A stretch of 52,815 bases of DNA, counting the filler, from Sphacelaria rigidula (taxonomy: Eukaryota), in the NCBI GenBank assembly GCA_964200075.2. It is 4 parts of 4 records of this genome, joined end to end, with 100 filler letters (N's around TTAATTAATTAA, not from the genome) between each part and the next. Parts side by side here need not be neighbours in the genome. Positions count along the whole stretch, not along the records: positions 13,230 to 26,358 come from CAXNAA020003133.1; positions 26,459 to 39,587 come from CAXNAA020003134.1; 2 more parts are not named here. One strand, written 5' to 3'. This document shows positions 25,062-38,265 of the stretch, piece after piece. Under the pieces are notes generated by a model. The model ran no database searches. It was not told the DNA's origin and saw nothing but the letters and a program-made list of their open reading frames with translations. Every line of letters starts with the position of its first letter. Positions within the stretch are counted from its first letter, which is position 1. Made by a program: the position numbers and the translations under genes.

Positions 25062-25269
25062 GTGAGTTAAATGAGGCGGGAAATATAGTATTGGCCACAT
25101 CTGTGGTGAAGGTGCGCGCGAATCGCTGTGGGTAGAGGAAAATGTGCCGCAACCACACTACACGTTGTGTTTTCTTGTATACAAGATCCGGAACTGCCAC
25201 CGTGGTTTTACTCCGTCGCCTCTTGTGCTCGATATTTCCCCCCCTGCATCTTGTCTCACTTGCTGGCAG

Positions 25270-25378
25270 CCACGAGGGCAAGATAACCTCCACGATGAAC
25301 CTCTTCAAGGGGAAACGCACAGACGAAGAGGCAGAGGAACAATTCGCGTTAGACGCAGGAGGGAGCGGCCAAGGGTAA
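25270..25378 (+). CDS. METTL13/EEF1AKMT4-like methyltransferase, terminal exon
   Basis: Polypyrimidine tract plus cag acceptor, phase-compatible (AC+C=T): HEGKITSTMNLFKGKRTDEEAEEQFALDAGGSGQG*. Confidence 0.7.
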
Positions 25379-26358
25379 CAAGACGGGGAGGAGGAGGACG
25401 GGAATGCGTTAAAAATGGCTGAGATATCACACGGAAGCCGGCGCTGAAAACTTGTGGATGAAAATATATATCAAGAGGGTATCGACGTGCCGCTCAAGGA
25501 CATGGGAGGGAGTGAGCCCGTCGAGATTTGTTGTACAAGCCGAGCGCCGCATGAATCAATTGAAAAACTAGGAAACAGTACCCCCACACACCTGCCCCCG
25601 GTGCTGATGTACATATATTTATTGAAATTTGGTCGAGATACACGAAAAAGACTGCCACATGGCTAGAGAAGCTGTTGGGGAGTTCGTAAGTTCATCCTTT
25701 GGCCTTTGTTCTTCGCGGTTCGCCAGGGCTGAAAGGTTCAAGATTTCATCTCTATGCTATTGTAGCGTAAGCCCTGGAGTAGTGTAGTACTTGAACGGAA
25801 CGGCCACAGAAGGTTGAGTTGCGGGTTAGAGGGTGGGAAGATAAGCCCGACGTGTTCCCGGCTGTTGTGCCTGTAGTCAATCCTCTCATCAACAAGGGAG
25901 TCGGTTGGTAACGTGAAAAGCTTTATGTCAAGCGTACAGCTTACTGCAAGGGCTTAGAGCGTAGGGCCACATCCGCTGCTCGTGGTTAATGGCCTAGCTA
26001 CGCTGACGGCATGGGTGAACCACCGATCGGGTATTGCGTTGGAGATCGGCTGGCTTGCGTGGCTGTTCCACAATTAGCACTGTGGTTAAGCAGAGACGCT
26101 CAAATGTGTGTAGTTTATCTTGGGCGCCCTCCTTGACTGTGGCATGATGGGTATTTAGTGTCATTCCTGTGTTTCGTTTGCAATTAACTTCCTTGCATCT
26201 GCTGGACCCAATACATTCCCTCAAGAAAAATTCCATCTGGTTTTGATGTAGGCATTGTCCAATGCCGGATTGAACGAGCAAAGCTAACAGTGTTTTCGTG
26301 AGATTGAGAGTAGATGATACGATTGAGAGTGGCTTTGATCATTCGCTTGAAGTGAGTC

Positions 26359-26458
26359 NNNNNNNNNNNNNNNNNNNNNNNNNNNNNNNNNNNNNNNNNN
26401 NNTTAATTAATTAANNNNNNNNNNNNNNNNNNNNNNNNNNNNNNNNNNNNNNNNNNNN
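26359..26458. other. Artificial contig linker
   Basis: 100-nt N run with central TTAATTAATTAA. Confidence 0.97.
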
Positions 26459-26816
26459 CCCCCCCCCCCTCCAATGGTCAAACGACTAAGGCAAGCAACA
26501 AATGAGTACGCCCCCTCCCCCCCCCCCTCTATCGTAGCTCCGTCTCGAAAGGGATGCCTGGTCAATGGTCAAACGACTAAGGCAAGCAACGAATCAGTAC
26601 GCCCCCCCTCCCGCCCCGCCCCCAAAATCGGCCCCAAAACTGTCATAAAGAAAAATGATCGTACAGCGCATGATAGCCGCCTCCAGACTGCACGAAGAGT
26701 CTCATGTGTGCGTGTGTGCTTGTCAGGTCGGTCCTGTCTTTCTCACGACCAAGGGTTGTGCTGAGACGCGCGGCAGAATATGATATTGTTTTTCATGAGG
26801 ATAACAAGGACGCTAA

Positions 26817-28187
26817 GGCTACTTCGTATGCATCGAAAAAAATCTATCAGAAAATGCGTTTTCTGATAAAGGACCAAAAACCCACTTATTATGTGATCAG
26901 AAAACGCGTTCTCTTATACAAGTTTTCTGATACAATGTCTTGTGATAACATTTTCCGATAGCCTCGGGCTATCGAAAAATGTTATCGAAAAAGCGTTTGA
27001 ACCTCGTTTGAACACACCTTACAGCCCACGACAGCACCTGTGATGGCTTGGCTGCCATCACTACTACTGCTGTCGCTGGTGCTGGCGGGCATTCCGCGTG
27101 TTGCATCATTGTCCTTCGCTCGCCAGCAGCGTGGTGGCCCTTTACCCCACGAGAACAGCAGAGCGCAGGGTCGATGACGACTGCTGTACCGACAGGACAG
27201 TCTGTGTTGTATGTCGTCTGTACAACGATGTACCTCAGTTCATGTCTGTGCACGTAGCATGTTGCGAGCAGGACGCACCCAAGCCTTGTAGAGACAGGAC
27301 CGGACTGACAGTACACACAAGACTATAAGAAGGGTAGTGCTACTACTGTAGTATATCCAACGCATACAACACAACAGTAGTGTCTGTACTGTTGTCTGTG
27401 CTACCCCTGCAACCGAGTACTACAACAGTGCAGCGAACTTGCAGCTCAGTTCGGGTCTGTGCATACAGCATGTCGCGAAGAGACGTCGCTTTGCAGTACA
27501 GACTGCTCATGCACCCAAGCCTTGTAGATACAGGACCGGACTGACAGTACACACAAGACTATGAGTAGTGCTACTGTTGTAGTACTACAGCCAATGCATG
27601 CAATACAGCACTGTTGTGTGTGCTGTTCTCCGTGCTGTCATTTCAGTCAAGTACTACCGTGCAGTGAAAAAGCACGACCGTCACTTGTACAGTCAGTTGG
27701 TACAGCAAGGCGGTGTTCTTATTGATGGTCTTGCGTCACGCAGTCCACCATCTATTGCTCAGGCAACGTATCACAGTAGTCCAGATAGTCATTACGGATC
27801 GTACGCCACGACGGGACAGCAGAGTGCTGCGTCTTGCGTCTCTCTCGCGCGTCCCAGCATTTGAAATTATGCCTGCACACCTCACAGAAAGCGATGAACA
27901 CTTTGTTTTTAATGTTGATGGTGCGTCGATCACATAAGAAGGGCTACTTCGAAAATTTCTGTTGGAAAACGTGTTGTTGAGGCCAATTTTATTTTGCAAC
28001 GATTTCAGAGGAGTTTTTTTTTTCTTTGTCATCATGGTGAACGGGCACAAAATACACAACTACGGCAAAGAAAAAAACAAAAAGAAGTTTGAAATTATTG
28101 CAACAAAAATTTCCAAACGCTCCCATAAGAATTGGCCTGAGAAAGGGCTTTTCTGACAACGTGTTTTTTTATACATAAGAAGTAGCC
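26817..28187. mobile_element. 1.37-kb non-autonomous PIF/Harbinger-like element
   Basis: TAA|ggctacttcgtatgcat... and ...atacataagaagtagcc|TAA form an imperfect TIR with a TAA duplication. There is an internal direct duplication (about 27230-27350 and 27440-27580). Confidence 0.75.
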
Positions 28188-29794
28188 TAAGGCTCTGGCC
28201 GAAAACTGTCTCAGTTCAGGTCGCAGCGAGCACATAAATGTAAGAAGTCATTTTCTTGGGGTAAGATGGCATTTTATTCGGCCCTTGGTAAAGACACGAG
28301 CCATCAAGATAGTGCATATAGATTGAGAGTGGAAGCACGCTGGTATTCTGACGAAACCGCTCTCAGTAACGGTGTTCAAGAGGCAAAAGGTACTAAACGC
28401 CTCGTCCCCCACCATTGTACGTCAATGCACGTACGTCACTTCGTCAAAACCGGGGGAAATCGTTCTGAGATCGTGACACCCCAATATCTCTCCCCCGATT
28501 TAGTCCAAATCGGGGTCCATACAATGCGTTCCCCGATTTTTTTCTCTCCGGGCTCGAAAAAATCGAGATTGGTGACTGCCATAAAAGATGGTCGTAAACA
28601 ATATTTGGGTTCGTGTAGTATTTGACGTCGAACCCAATCTACCCAAACGTTTGGGTAGAATATGTGAGGCCGTACCCAACCTACCTAAAATTTGGGCGGA
28701 GTGAATGCCTGGGTATTTTACTCGAGTATTCAAAAGTAAAAGTGCACCCCCTACCCGACCTGCCCTTGGACACTTTTCCTTCCCTACCCGAAAAGTTCAG
28801 ACTGAATTTTATACCTCGATGTAACGGGGTTCTTGTCAGCCGGTTCTGTTTTGAGGAGTGGTGGGAATCAAACGGAATAGAAAAGTTCGATACGATTTTT
28901 GAGAATATCGACGAAAAAACGTCGATATCGATATTTTAATCGATCCTCGGAGAACGGCTGAACAACCGGTTTTCTGATTTTCTGCGCCTTTTTTGCTGTT
29001 TTTGAAGGGTCACTTTTGCAAGAAAAGGGGCGGACCGATGATGTGAGTGCACTGCCCCCTCCCCTGTGTAGCAGGCGGGCTCCCCGAGAGAGTCATTTTG
29101 CGCATCAAAAGTATTGGCCTACCAGCTTGCGATGCGATTCCGATACTGAGAACTGCCAAAAATCGCGATCGATACGTACTCGATATTTCGATACTGATGC
29201 ACATGATTCTCAACACTGATTTAGAGACGGTGTTGGATTATGTATTTCAGAACAGTTTCCCTGCAGAAGCAGTTCGCCATTTTGGGTGTATCATGAGGAT
29301 ACAGGAAAGGCAGGCGACAAAGCTGCAGACCACTATGCCTTTCTGAATAGGACGTAAAACCTATGTTGTACTGATGTTTGCAAGCGCCTACTGCCATGGG
29401 CGTGGAGTCAGCGAACGTCGCACTGCCTCCGGTACCGCCCACATATCTGAAATTGTTTAGTGGGTTGCAGGGAGCCTGGAGCGGCTTGCGTGCGTTGATA
29501 GCATTTTGTCATTGGTACCGCACGAGCAAGCAGAAAGAGAACGCGCGAGCAACATGGGAGCATACTTCTCGCACCTATCCTCACTACGGCAGTACAGCCG
29601 ACCAACGATACACTCATGGGCACATTACAGTACCAAGGCATGGTGCAGAGACAATACAGTACAGTTCACACGCCATACTGTAGTCTGGTGGCATATATAA
29701 GACACGGGAAGAGTACACCACACCGGACGCAAACCCACTAACTACACCATACTTCAGCCTTTGAATATCTCAGCGCGCAACAACCATAGATCAC

Positions 29795-29839
29795 CTCGTT
29801 CTCGAGCTCCTGGATCTTAGACCTGATGCTGTCAGACAT
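29795..29839 (-). CDS. Putative first exon, resembles DRG-family GTPase N-terminus
   Basis: ATG-initiated MSDSIRSKIQELENE then gag|GTGATC, lying divergent to SAE1. It resembles the DRG1/2 start (M...KIxExExE before MARTQKNKAT). No second exon was found in this contig. Confidence 0.45.
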
Positions 29840-30059
29840 CGTCCACTCTACTGTCCTTCCCACTCGGCTAACCACCAAGCGACTGGCTTTTGTCTGCCGG
29901 TTTTTTCGGCTTGGTTAGTGTCACGCTGTTCACCACTCCTCCCCAATGCATTAGAATATGACATTTGCGGACGCGATGACATCCCACAACCCTCTGGTGC
30001 TGTCAATCGCAGTGAGTATTTTGCTTTTGTTTGGCAAGTTAAAGCAATATTCGACACGC

Positions 30060-30122
30060 ATGTCGGGAGGAGGGGAAGCAACTGAGCAGAATGGCTCTAC
30101 TGCTGCCAATGGCGGGGATCAG
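30060..30122 (+). CDS. SAE1: SUMO-activating enzyme subunit 1, probable exon 1
   Basis: MSGGGEATEQNGSTAANGGDQ then cag|GTGCGC. Phase 0 is compatible with the acceptor at 35524. Confidence 0.6.
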
Positions 30123-30865
30123 GTGCGCGGTTTCAACGCGAACGAATTGTCCAGACAGGATGGACTTTTGGATCGCAACAGACAACCTGGTAGAATGTCC
30201 TGTTGCTTGTATAGGGAGCGGTGCCGTACACGAGATACATGTCTGCGTAGACAGGGGTATACTATGAATGCCGTCGAGCTGCTTTCCCCCTCCCAGTGCA
30301 TTTGCTTGACTTCTGATCGATTCCCTTCCCCGTTCCCGCACGCTCGATCCGAAAATTTTAAAAATCATTCCTAGCTAAAGCTGTAAGCATTCAAGCATTT
30401 CGAAACATGATGTATGGAATGTCACGATGAATAACACCCACGGACGAGCTTCCTTTCACGAGTTTCAAACACTTCTACCGCCCATGCTCATGATTCCGAG
30501 CTTCGTCTGCCACCCAGTTGTGCGATTTTCTGAAGAATGGTTTATGTAGATGTGGACCAATGATAGATAGACATGGAGGACTGACATGAGCCGCTCAAAA
30601 CTCCTTCTTTCAGCCAGCAGGCAAGCCACAAGCATCTGAACTGCGTCTCTACGGTTAAGGGAACTGGGTGCACCCTTTACCCCTCATGCACGGATCAGTT
30701 GCGCTGAGACTTGTAAAATCTGCAAACCTTGATACATGAACGACCACATGTACTGCTGGCGCGATCGTCGCCCATCATACCCTCTAAGTGTCGTGGCCAA
30801 TGTGCTGCTGCTGCTGTTCGTGCCTCAGGCACAAAAAAATATGGGATGACATACGCGTGGCAACG

Positions 30866-30914
<49 letters not shown>

Positions 30915-30920
30915 CCCCCC
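30866..30920. repeat. Poly-C tract
   Basis: Homopolymer run seen directly. Confidence 0.95.
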
Positions 30921-32436
30921 AAAAGCCCGCTCCATTGACATATAGTTTGGGAAGGCACCTGGTCGGTCAATGGGCTAGGCTCTTGTAAATTCGGTTTCCA
31001 CGACAACTGCGGCGACCACGCCGCCGAAAGTAGTGTCCGAGGATGGCGGAGCCCTTAATCGATCGACCGTTGCAGCATTTGCGTCGTTTGAACATTACTG
31101 TCCTACCTCCGTGCTCACACGCACATCCATGCGAATGTACGGTAGATGACACTCCGTTACACCGCGATATCGTAGACGTTCTCGGATCGTTTGTTCCTAT
31201 CCTGGGTCACCTTGTCTCTGCACTCGTTTCACACATCACGTACCTTTGCCGTGCGTTTCAAACGTGCCATTTCTCCCTCTGCTGGTGTTCTCCTGAGCCC
31301 TTGGGTTTGTGCCTTGGCTCCATCGAGGCGGCTGCTCTGAGGCTCACGATGGTGTCCTTGATTCTCGTTTCATGTGATGTCGGAAATATTGGAACATGCA
31401 TCTTGTAGCTCTTTCCTGAGCACACTTCCTAGCAGAAACTTCGTTTCGTGCAAATATCACGTATCATGCAAATGTCAAATGTCATGTAAAACTGAAGGCT
31501 GACCGATTATTACGCCTACCTGCGACTCCTGAACATTTGAGGTTGCTAATATATTGGGTACTGACATTTGTGTGACACTTGACATTTGCACATGATAAAT
31601 TGCCGTCTTTAGAAACGGCCATTAAAAATGCGAAGGTAACAAGGGTTAACGAATAGTATCGTGAACGTCCGCTCTTTATTCGATTGGGGATCTCTTTATT
31701 CTAGTGGGGCATTCGAAAGTCGAACATCTTCAGAACTGCACCAGTCGATATTTTAATCGATGTATGTGCGTCTTGCGTCTATTTGCATCGAGAAGTTGAA
31801 GGCCATCCAGTATCACTTACCGTGTACTGTATTCGTTTTGTTCCATTCTTTTGGATTTCGGTGCATTCAAATGAATTTATAAAATGAACACCCGCCCTTT
31901 TCTCCGGAAGAAGAGGAGCAAAAAGTAAGACCATCAGTTATAATTTACCGTGTATGCGTGTGTGTGTGTTTTTGGATTTCGGTCCATTTTACTGAATTTT
32001 TGAACATAAGACCCACCCTTATTTCCGAAAAAAAAAGAAGGTGAATGAGAGATGGCCTTCAAATTACCGATGTGCGCCCCTCCTCAAATGCCATGTTCTA
32101 ACTCCCAAGCGTTGCGTGAGGAATCCCAGCTACGTATGCTTCCAACCGCGTGCGATTTCCATCAAGTCACTGTAGATGTATCTCCAAATCTCTGTTTGAC
32201 CGTAAATTTTGAAGTGCAATGAGTAAGGAGCCGGCCCAGCTACAGGCTGGGCTGCACAAGAAGCGGACTTTCCTTCATCCGATACTAACTGGCGATGCAT
32301 CGCGAGTTGTGCCTACTATGACATGTCGTGGTAATCTCCAAATCAACGCGCGTCTTTCAATTCACGAAGCGCTGCGATCCGACAAGTTCCCATTAAACGG
32401 AATACCAGACTGTAGTCAGCTGCGAAGTGCAGCGGA

Positions 32437-32640
32437 ATTGATTGATTGATTGATTGTCGCACTTTAACTGGCCCCCCAGGGGTCCAGCCGTGGTCTCATG
32501 ATAGACGTACTCGAGAAAAACGAAAATGAAACACGCTCTGAAGAAAATAAGGAACAGAAAAAAAAAAAAGTCGAACAGAACGACATAGCAGACTAAGTCG
32601 TAACAAAGAAATAGAGGGAAAAAATGGCTGAAATCGCATT
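32437..32640 (-). mobile_element. (CAAT)n-tailed retroposon 3' fragment
   Basis: (attg)n tcgcactttaactggccccccaggggtccagccgtggtctcatgatagac. Confidence 0.8.
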
Positions 32641-33276
32641 TTCGGTTACAGTTGGTTGCGCCGCGGTCGCAAAGTGATGGTTCTGCACAAGTTGTGGTTG
32701 TGCAATAATGCCTGTCGTACTGTAGGCGCGCAGTGTCTGAGATGGCACGCAGACGAGGCTTCCAGCGCGCCAAGGCGTTTGGTGGTAGTGTGTGAACCGG
32801 TGAACAGTGGGTGAAGGAAGCTTGTAAAGAAGGTCAAAGTTCCGGCTGATGTTGTTGTAATCTAAAAGCAAGTCAACCGGTTCTCAACAGAAAAGCGCGG
32901 TTGCGCTGGTCAATGTTGAGTTGTTTCCTATGAAAGTTCGACACGATGTACGCCAGGTATGTGCGAAGCCCCTATCGTTTCCCGTCCATTTTTTTTATTC
33001 TCCTTGTGGATTATTGGTGATCGAAAATTCGCAACATTTGTTTTCGGTACAAAATCATCGACAACTCATTGGAATAAAAACAAAATCAAGGGGGGACAAC
33101 AAGGTCTTTACAACATACCTCAGGCACATCGTGTCAAAATTTCGTGGGGAAAGACTTGAAATTGAACAACATAACCGCGTTTCATTTTTTCATGGCTGGT
33201 CCATCTCCACATTGGAACCGGTTTTCGACACGAGCACGCGGGTATGCAGCTCAATGATGGGTCTTTTTCTATAATT

Positions 33277-33739
33277 TTTGACACGATGTACACAACGTAT
33301 GCGCGAAGACCCCATCATCTGCCCCGACACTTTCTACGGTAGCCCCCCCCCCCCCCAAAAAAAAAAAGGGCCTGGTTTGGGGAGGCAAAATGTTCACGTA
33401 AATCGAAATGGAAAAAGCCGAGCACAAGGAGCAGCTGGGAGTTCTCACGCTTGGGTTCGTTCTCGCCAATGTCGCCCATATGAGGCGCTTCATACAGCCT
33501 GAACCCAAACATCAGGCGTTATATGACCATTTTTTTCGTGACACTCTTGGGCTGGTTTTTGGGGGGGGCTATCGGAGAAAGTGTCTCCCCTACATTTTGT
33601 TCTTCTTCTCCGTGAGGTATTGGCGACTAAACATTTCGGAAGTTTTTTTTTGTAACTAAATCGTGAATAACTCACAAAAAAACAATGTAGGGGGCAGATG
33701 ATGGAGTCTTCGCACATACGTCCTGTACGTTGTGTCAAA
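33277..33739. mobile_element. Inverted-repeat element with nested MITE (33337-33574)
   Basis: Arms are tttgacacgatgtacacaacgtatgcgcgaagaccccatcatctgcccc and ggggcagatgatggagtcttcgcacatacgtcctgtacgttgtgtcaaa. The centre is the 12804-13042 family. Confidence 0.7.
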
Positions 33740-34829
33740 CTTTCATGGAAGGCGACCCAAAAATCAAGCTGCATAATCGCGTTTTCATATCCCTATCCCC
33801 GTCTTGGGCGGCCAAGCCTGTATGCCTGTTCTTGCCTTGATGTTAGCCACACGCCCACAAATTTTGAGCGCAATTGGGCAATACTTCGGGTATATCTTGA
33901 TCATATGTACCAAAACTGCCACCGACGGGTACCGACACTATTAAAAGGCTGTATTTGACGCGTCCCACGATAGTGTAGAACGGCGAGTGTGACTGGATGG
34001 CCAATCATAGCGCGCGGCGCACTTCAGGTTGGCCACACGGTTGAACGATTGATTTATTGGTTGGTTGTTTGATTTGCATACATTGACTGAACTCCGAGGG
34101 AATCAGCCATGATCATTATCCGCAAGATAATGTGGACGTACGGAACGTGGACAAAACGAAAATAGTTGCTGAAGCAAAGTGGAGAGAACAGCAAGATCGA
34201 GCAGACAAACTCAGAGTAGATCGAATTGTAGAAATAAAAATACCAAAAAAAAAATCCCTCTTAAATATGAGCATGCTCCGTTTCGAAAGGGATGCGTGGT
34301 CAATGGTCAAATGACTAAGGCAAGCAACAAATGAGTACGCCCTAAATATGAGCAAAATATAGAATTAGCGTAAGTGTTGCTTTTCGCTGCTGTTCGTCCG
34401 AGTTGCACCGGAGACACGTTTCGGGGCCAAGCAGTCGAACCAGTCTGCACGACGAATAAAAAGAAAGGAGCCCTTCATCCGGTTTGCGTTTGCCGTGTAT
34501 AAAGACAGACGGCGAGTTCTCTTTGTGCGTGTGCAAGCAAGATAACAACCAATCGTCTATCGCAGCTGACTGACCAATCGACAGCATAAGATCCAGCACG
34601 GGATTGGACATTTTTTCTCACTCTTGCAATAAAAAACGACCACACTGTGCCTGCCCACTTGATACTTGTTTGAGAAGATACTACAGGAATCCAGCAGACG
34701 TTGACCTCTTGACCACCGAAGATGTGTCCACTTGTGAAATCGGCGATCGTTTTCACTCGCAATTTCACTGGTTTCAAATAATGCCGATTCAACGAATAAT
34801 GGACACGTGCGGCGGTCAAAGGGAACTTC

Positions 34830-35061
34830 ACCCGTCGGACAGATCATGATCCATCTGAAATATCTAACCCGTTGGTCCAAAAACACAAAATGTGTGACCG
34901 CGGAGTCAGAGAAGCCAAAGCACAACCATTGCGATATTCGGTTTGCTCGCTGTAGGGAGCAATCATGGAAAAAGGGGGGCCCATTGATCCGGGTAATGAT
35001 CTGGATCGGTATACTGAGGATAAGTCATTTTTCAGACGGATCATGATCGGTCCGATGTGTA
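34830..35061. mobile_element. Small TIR element
   Basis: tcggacagatcatgatccatctgaaa and tttcagacggatcatgatcggtccga form inverted ends. Confidence 0.6.
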
Positions 35062-35524
35062 AAAGGGTTGACGAAGAAGCGAAAGCTAGGTTGAACCCAA
35101 TCTACATACACGTGATTGGCGCAGAGGCCTCACTCTGATGTCATCACACATGAATAGTTGGGGTTGGTGTTACGGGTATAAGGTTGGAGTTAGGGTTAGG
35201 GTTATACTGGATATGGACTGGCTTCGTATACCTTCACCGTTGCTTTCGGCTGTTCATGAAAGCCCCCCTCATACGATCTGTGTGTCTGGTGTGTCTGAGT
35301 ATGAGGATTCTCTGGAAATTTTCCAACGGAGCTTCTTCCAATGTCATCATTAGATATGTCAAAAATGCGGATAACAGGGACTATACGGTGTGTGAAAGGT
35401 TTCACCCAAAAATAAATGGGGTTGTGAGAGGTGCGTACAAGTATAGTGCATGATGTTTTACAACCAACCTAACGTGCGTTCCATCTGTTCGTGTGTGCTT
35501 CGTATTTTGTGGATCATGACACAG

Positions 35525-35635
35525 TACATGACCGATGACCACTCGGAGCAGTACGACCGTCAGATTCGGCTCTGGGGCGTGGATGCCCAGCAAAGGATGA
35601 GCAGCTCCCGTGTCCTCTTCTCGGGCATGAACGGG
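35525..35635 (+). CDS. SAE1: SUMO-activating enzyme subunit 1 (AOS1/SAE1, ThiF/E1 family), exon
   Basis: YMTDDHSEQYDRQIRLWGVDAQQRMSSSRVLFSGMNG contains the YDRQIRLWG signature. CTAAC branch site upstream, cag acceptor, GTACGT donor. Alternative in-frame ATG at 35516. Confidence 0.88.
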
Positions 35636-35726
35636 GTACGTGTATCTCTATGTATATTCGAAGATGGAAGATGGTATAGGAGAGCATCCATCCAGGCGGT
35701 TAACGTCTGACGACTGGAATTGGATC

Positions 35727-36608
35727 TAAGACCAACTTCTATGGCAACAAATCTCGATTTTTTTTAGACCCCGATTTCTTCACAATCGGGAGGACTCAAA
35801 TACGGGAACTCACACTCGGGGAGACCGTTTTATGGTCAGACAGTATCACAGACTTGTGGAACAGTACTGTACACAGACGGTTATTTTCTGCATGAGTGTG
35901 GTACTGCGTACTCGTGCATGAAGCCGAAGAGCGGGCAGGCGGTGAATAACCCTTCGAGTACAGGGTCGTACCTTGGTAACCTAGGGTAATGCAGTGCAGG
36001 ACACTCCATCAGTGCAGTACATGGTGATGCCGTGTGGTGGTACGTGATGATGGCACAGTCGGTATTGCGATAACAGTGACCAGACAGTGCGTGAGCAGAG
36101 TTCAGCGGTGCAGTGTCATACATAACCCTTCAAGTACAGTGACAAAAGACTAGGATAGTACAGTACCGTTCGTTATCGTGATGCATATGGCAGCGCAGCC
36201 CAGCATATAATATTACCATCGCCTCAGGGTACCGAGTCAGCACTTATTATCCGCTTGTCAAACCCCGTGCGAAGCTGCTTCAGCACCTGGCGCGGGCAAG
36301 CACGCCCTGCGCGCTGTCACGAGACTGTCTGCTGCGTCGGTTGCAAAAGTATCAAGCGCCTCGTACCCTACCATTGTACGTCAATGCACGTACGTCACCT
36401 CGTCCAAATCGGGGCTAGTCATTTTCTCGGAACGATTTCCCCGATTTTTTTCGAAGAAAAAGACGAGAAACCGTTTTGAGATCGTGACACCCCGATTTTT
36501 TTCCCCCCAAGTTGGTCCAGATCGGGGTCGATAAAATGCGTTCGCTGATTTTTTTTTCCCAATGCTCGAAAAATTCGAGATTGGTGACTGCCATAAGAGA
36601 TGATCTAA
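35727..36608. mobile_element. Degenerate TIR element; right part also at 28390-28595
   Basis: 35727-35770 is an imperfect reverse complement of aaattcgagattggtgactgccataagagatgatcta (36572-36607). 36355-36605 matches 28398-28595. Confidence 0.5.
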
Positions 36609-37164
36609 CATGATAGTTCCCTTCTTGTTTTCGACACCGGAATTCGAGGCTACCATATATATATATATATATATATACTTGGGGGTAGGGGGGGGGTGGG
36701 GGGGGGTGAGGAATGGAATCTGCATTTTTATACGCAGAGTTTTGGCGTGAGGAACTTCAAGTGTGTGGGGAGTAGAGAGAGTTTCCGCCCTGGAATATGA
36801 CCGTCCGCGGTTTCTTGGGTCAATCCGTAAGCACTCATACATAAGTCCACCGCTGACAACAAATGGCATATTTGCGTAGCCTAGATGACACGTCAATGGT
36901 TACTGGTACCTAAAACGTTGTGAGCTGTACGGTAGATGGTTTTTTTTTAATTCGTTCACATTCTTTTCCCCACGAACTGACAACACGTGTTGTATGACTC
37001 CTCCATTCAGCACTGTGGGCGGTTCAGCCTTATCGAGACAGAAAAAGGAGAATGCGGTTGTGATAATGCTCATGACAGTGACGAACAGCCTGCGTGTGGC
37101 GAACCATTTTACGTTCCTTTCCGCGTTCTGATTCTCATTGTCACCAAAATCATTTTTTTTTAAT

Positions 37165-37249
37165 TATAAATTGGTGATCGTGTGTCTATCATGAGACGAC
37201 GGCTGGACCCCTGGGAGGTCAGTTAAAGTGCGACAACCAATCAAATCAA
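37165..37249 (+). mobile_element. (CAAT)n-tailed retroposon 3' fragment
   Basis: gtctatcatgagacgacggctggacccctgggaggtcagttaaagtgcgacaaccaatcaaatcaa. Confidence 0.75.
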
Positions 37250-37663
37250 TGTGTGAGAATGGAGGAACAATCCGATGGTGATGAGAAGGGGGAGGTAAAA
37301 TGGTCCCCACAAACTCAATATCGTTTCTCGTCATTATTATCATCATTCTGACAACCTCGATCTCGTTTTTTTTCTTTTTGTCTTGTCTCGACAAGACGGA
37401 GCCTTACCTGGAATCTCAGGAGCTTATGCATATCTCTCGATATGTAAGGGGTTTTTTTCAAGAGAAATAATACTTGGTGGTGTTAGGTGGCACTCGTATA
37501 TTGGGGGCCTGGACGATGAGGTCACCAATAGCCATGATCATGTACAAGAAAGGGGAATTCGACCAATGAAATGACGTTGCCGAGAACACTGTAGTGACTC
37601 AGTCCGTAATGGTGTTTGAGAGGTATTCCTTGAATTTTCCGGCGGGGGCGGTGAGAAGATTAA

Positions 37664-38003
37664 CCCTTAGACCGCGGTGCGGGTAGTCCATCTGGATCAC
37701 ACATGCTTTTCTCAAGTAAATATTGATACCGATTCAGCAGGTGACCTACTCTCGCGGTCAAAGGGTTAACCCTTAGACCGCGGGGGTACTTCATCTGGAT
37801 CATGCGTACTTTTTTCAAGTGAATTCGATGCGGATTCAAGAGATAACCTACTCTCGCTGTCTCAGGGCCACTTAACCCTTGTGAGACCGGACTCCCACTA
37901 ACCAGGGGTCAATCGACATCAATCGCATTCATTTTCACGCGAAACTGACGCCGATTCACAACGGACCCTTACCCCCGGTTAGTCCTCTCTAGTCTCACAA
38001 GCG
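37664..38003. mobile_element. Stack of three piggyBac-type MITEs
   Basis: TTAA|cccttagac..aaggg|TTAA|cccttagac..ctcaggg ccac TTAA|cccttgtgagac...gtctcacaagcg. Units are 37664-37765, 37770-37867 and 37876-38003. Confidence 0.8.
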
Positions 38004-38265
38004 TAATCATTCTCGCAGATCTATTCCTTTTTTTTCTGTTGCTCCTTTTCAGGGAAGCGGGGGAGGTAAGGGGGATTTAGAAGACGCACCAAGCGTTTCT
38101 TCGTGTATTTGTCTTCTTGTTTCTTCGCGTGCATTTTACCCATTTTGTCATATTTTTCTTTTATATTTTCATAAAATATAATAGTTAAAAAAATGTATGT
38201 TTCAACATCACAATTTGGTTTTCATTTTTTGGTCTTCTTTTGAATCGTTTGTTGTGGATCACAAG

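Noticed and set aside
29221..29461. Further minus-strand exons for the 29795-29839 gene
   Set aside because: Candidate acceptors give either an early stop or an incompatible phase, and none encodes the expected DRG continuation.
35189..35203. Interstitial telomeric repeat (TTAGGG)
   Set aside because: Only about two and a half units, too short to interpret.
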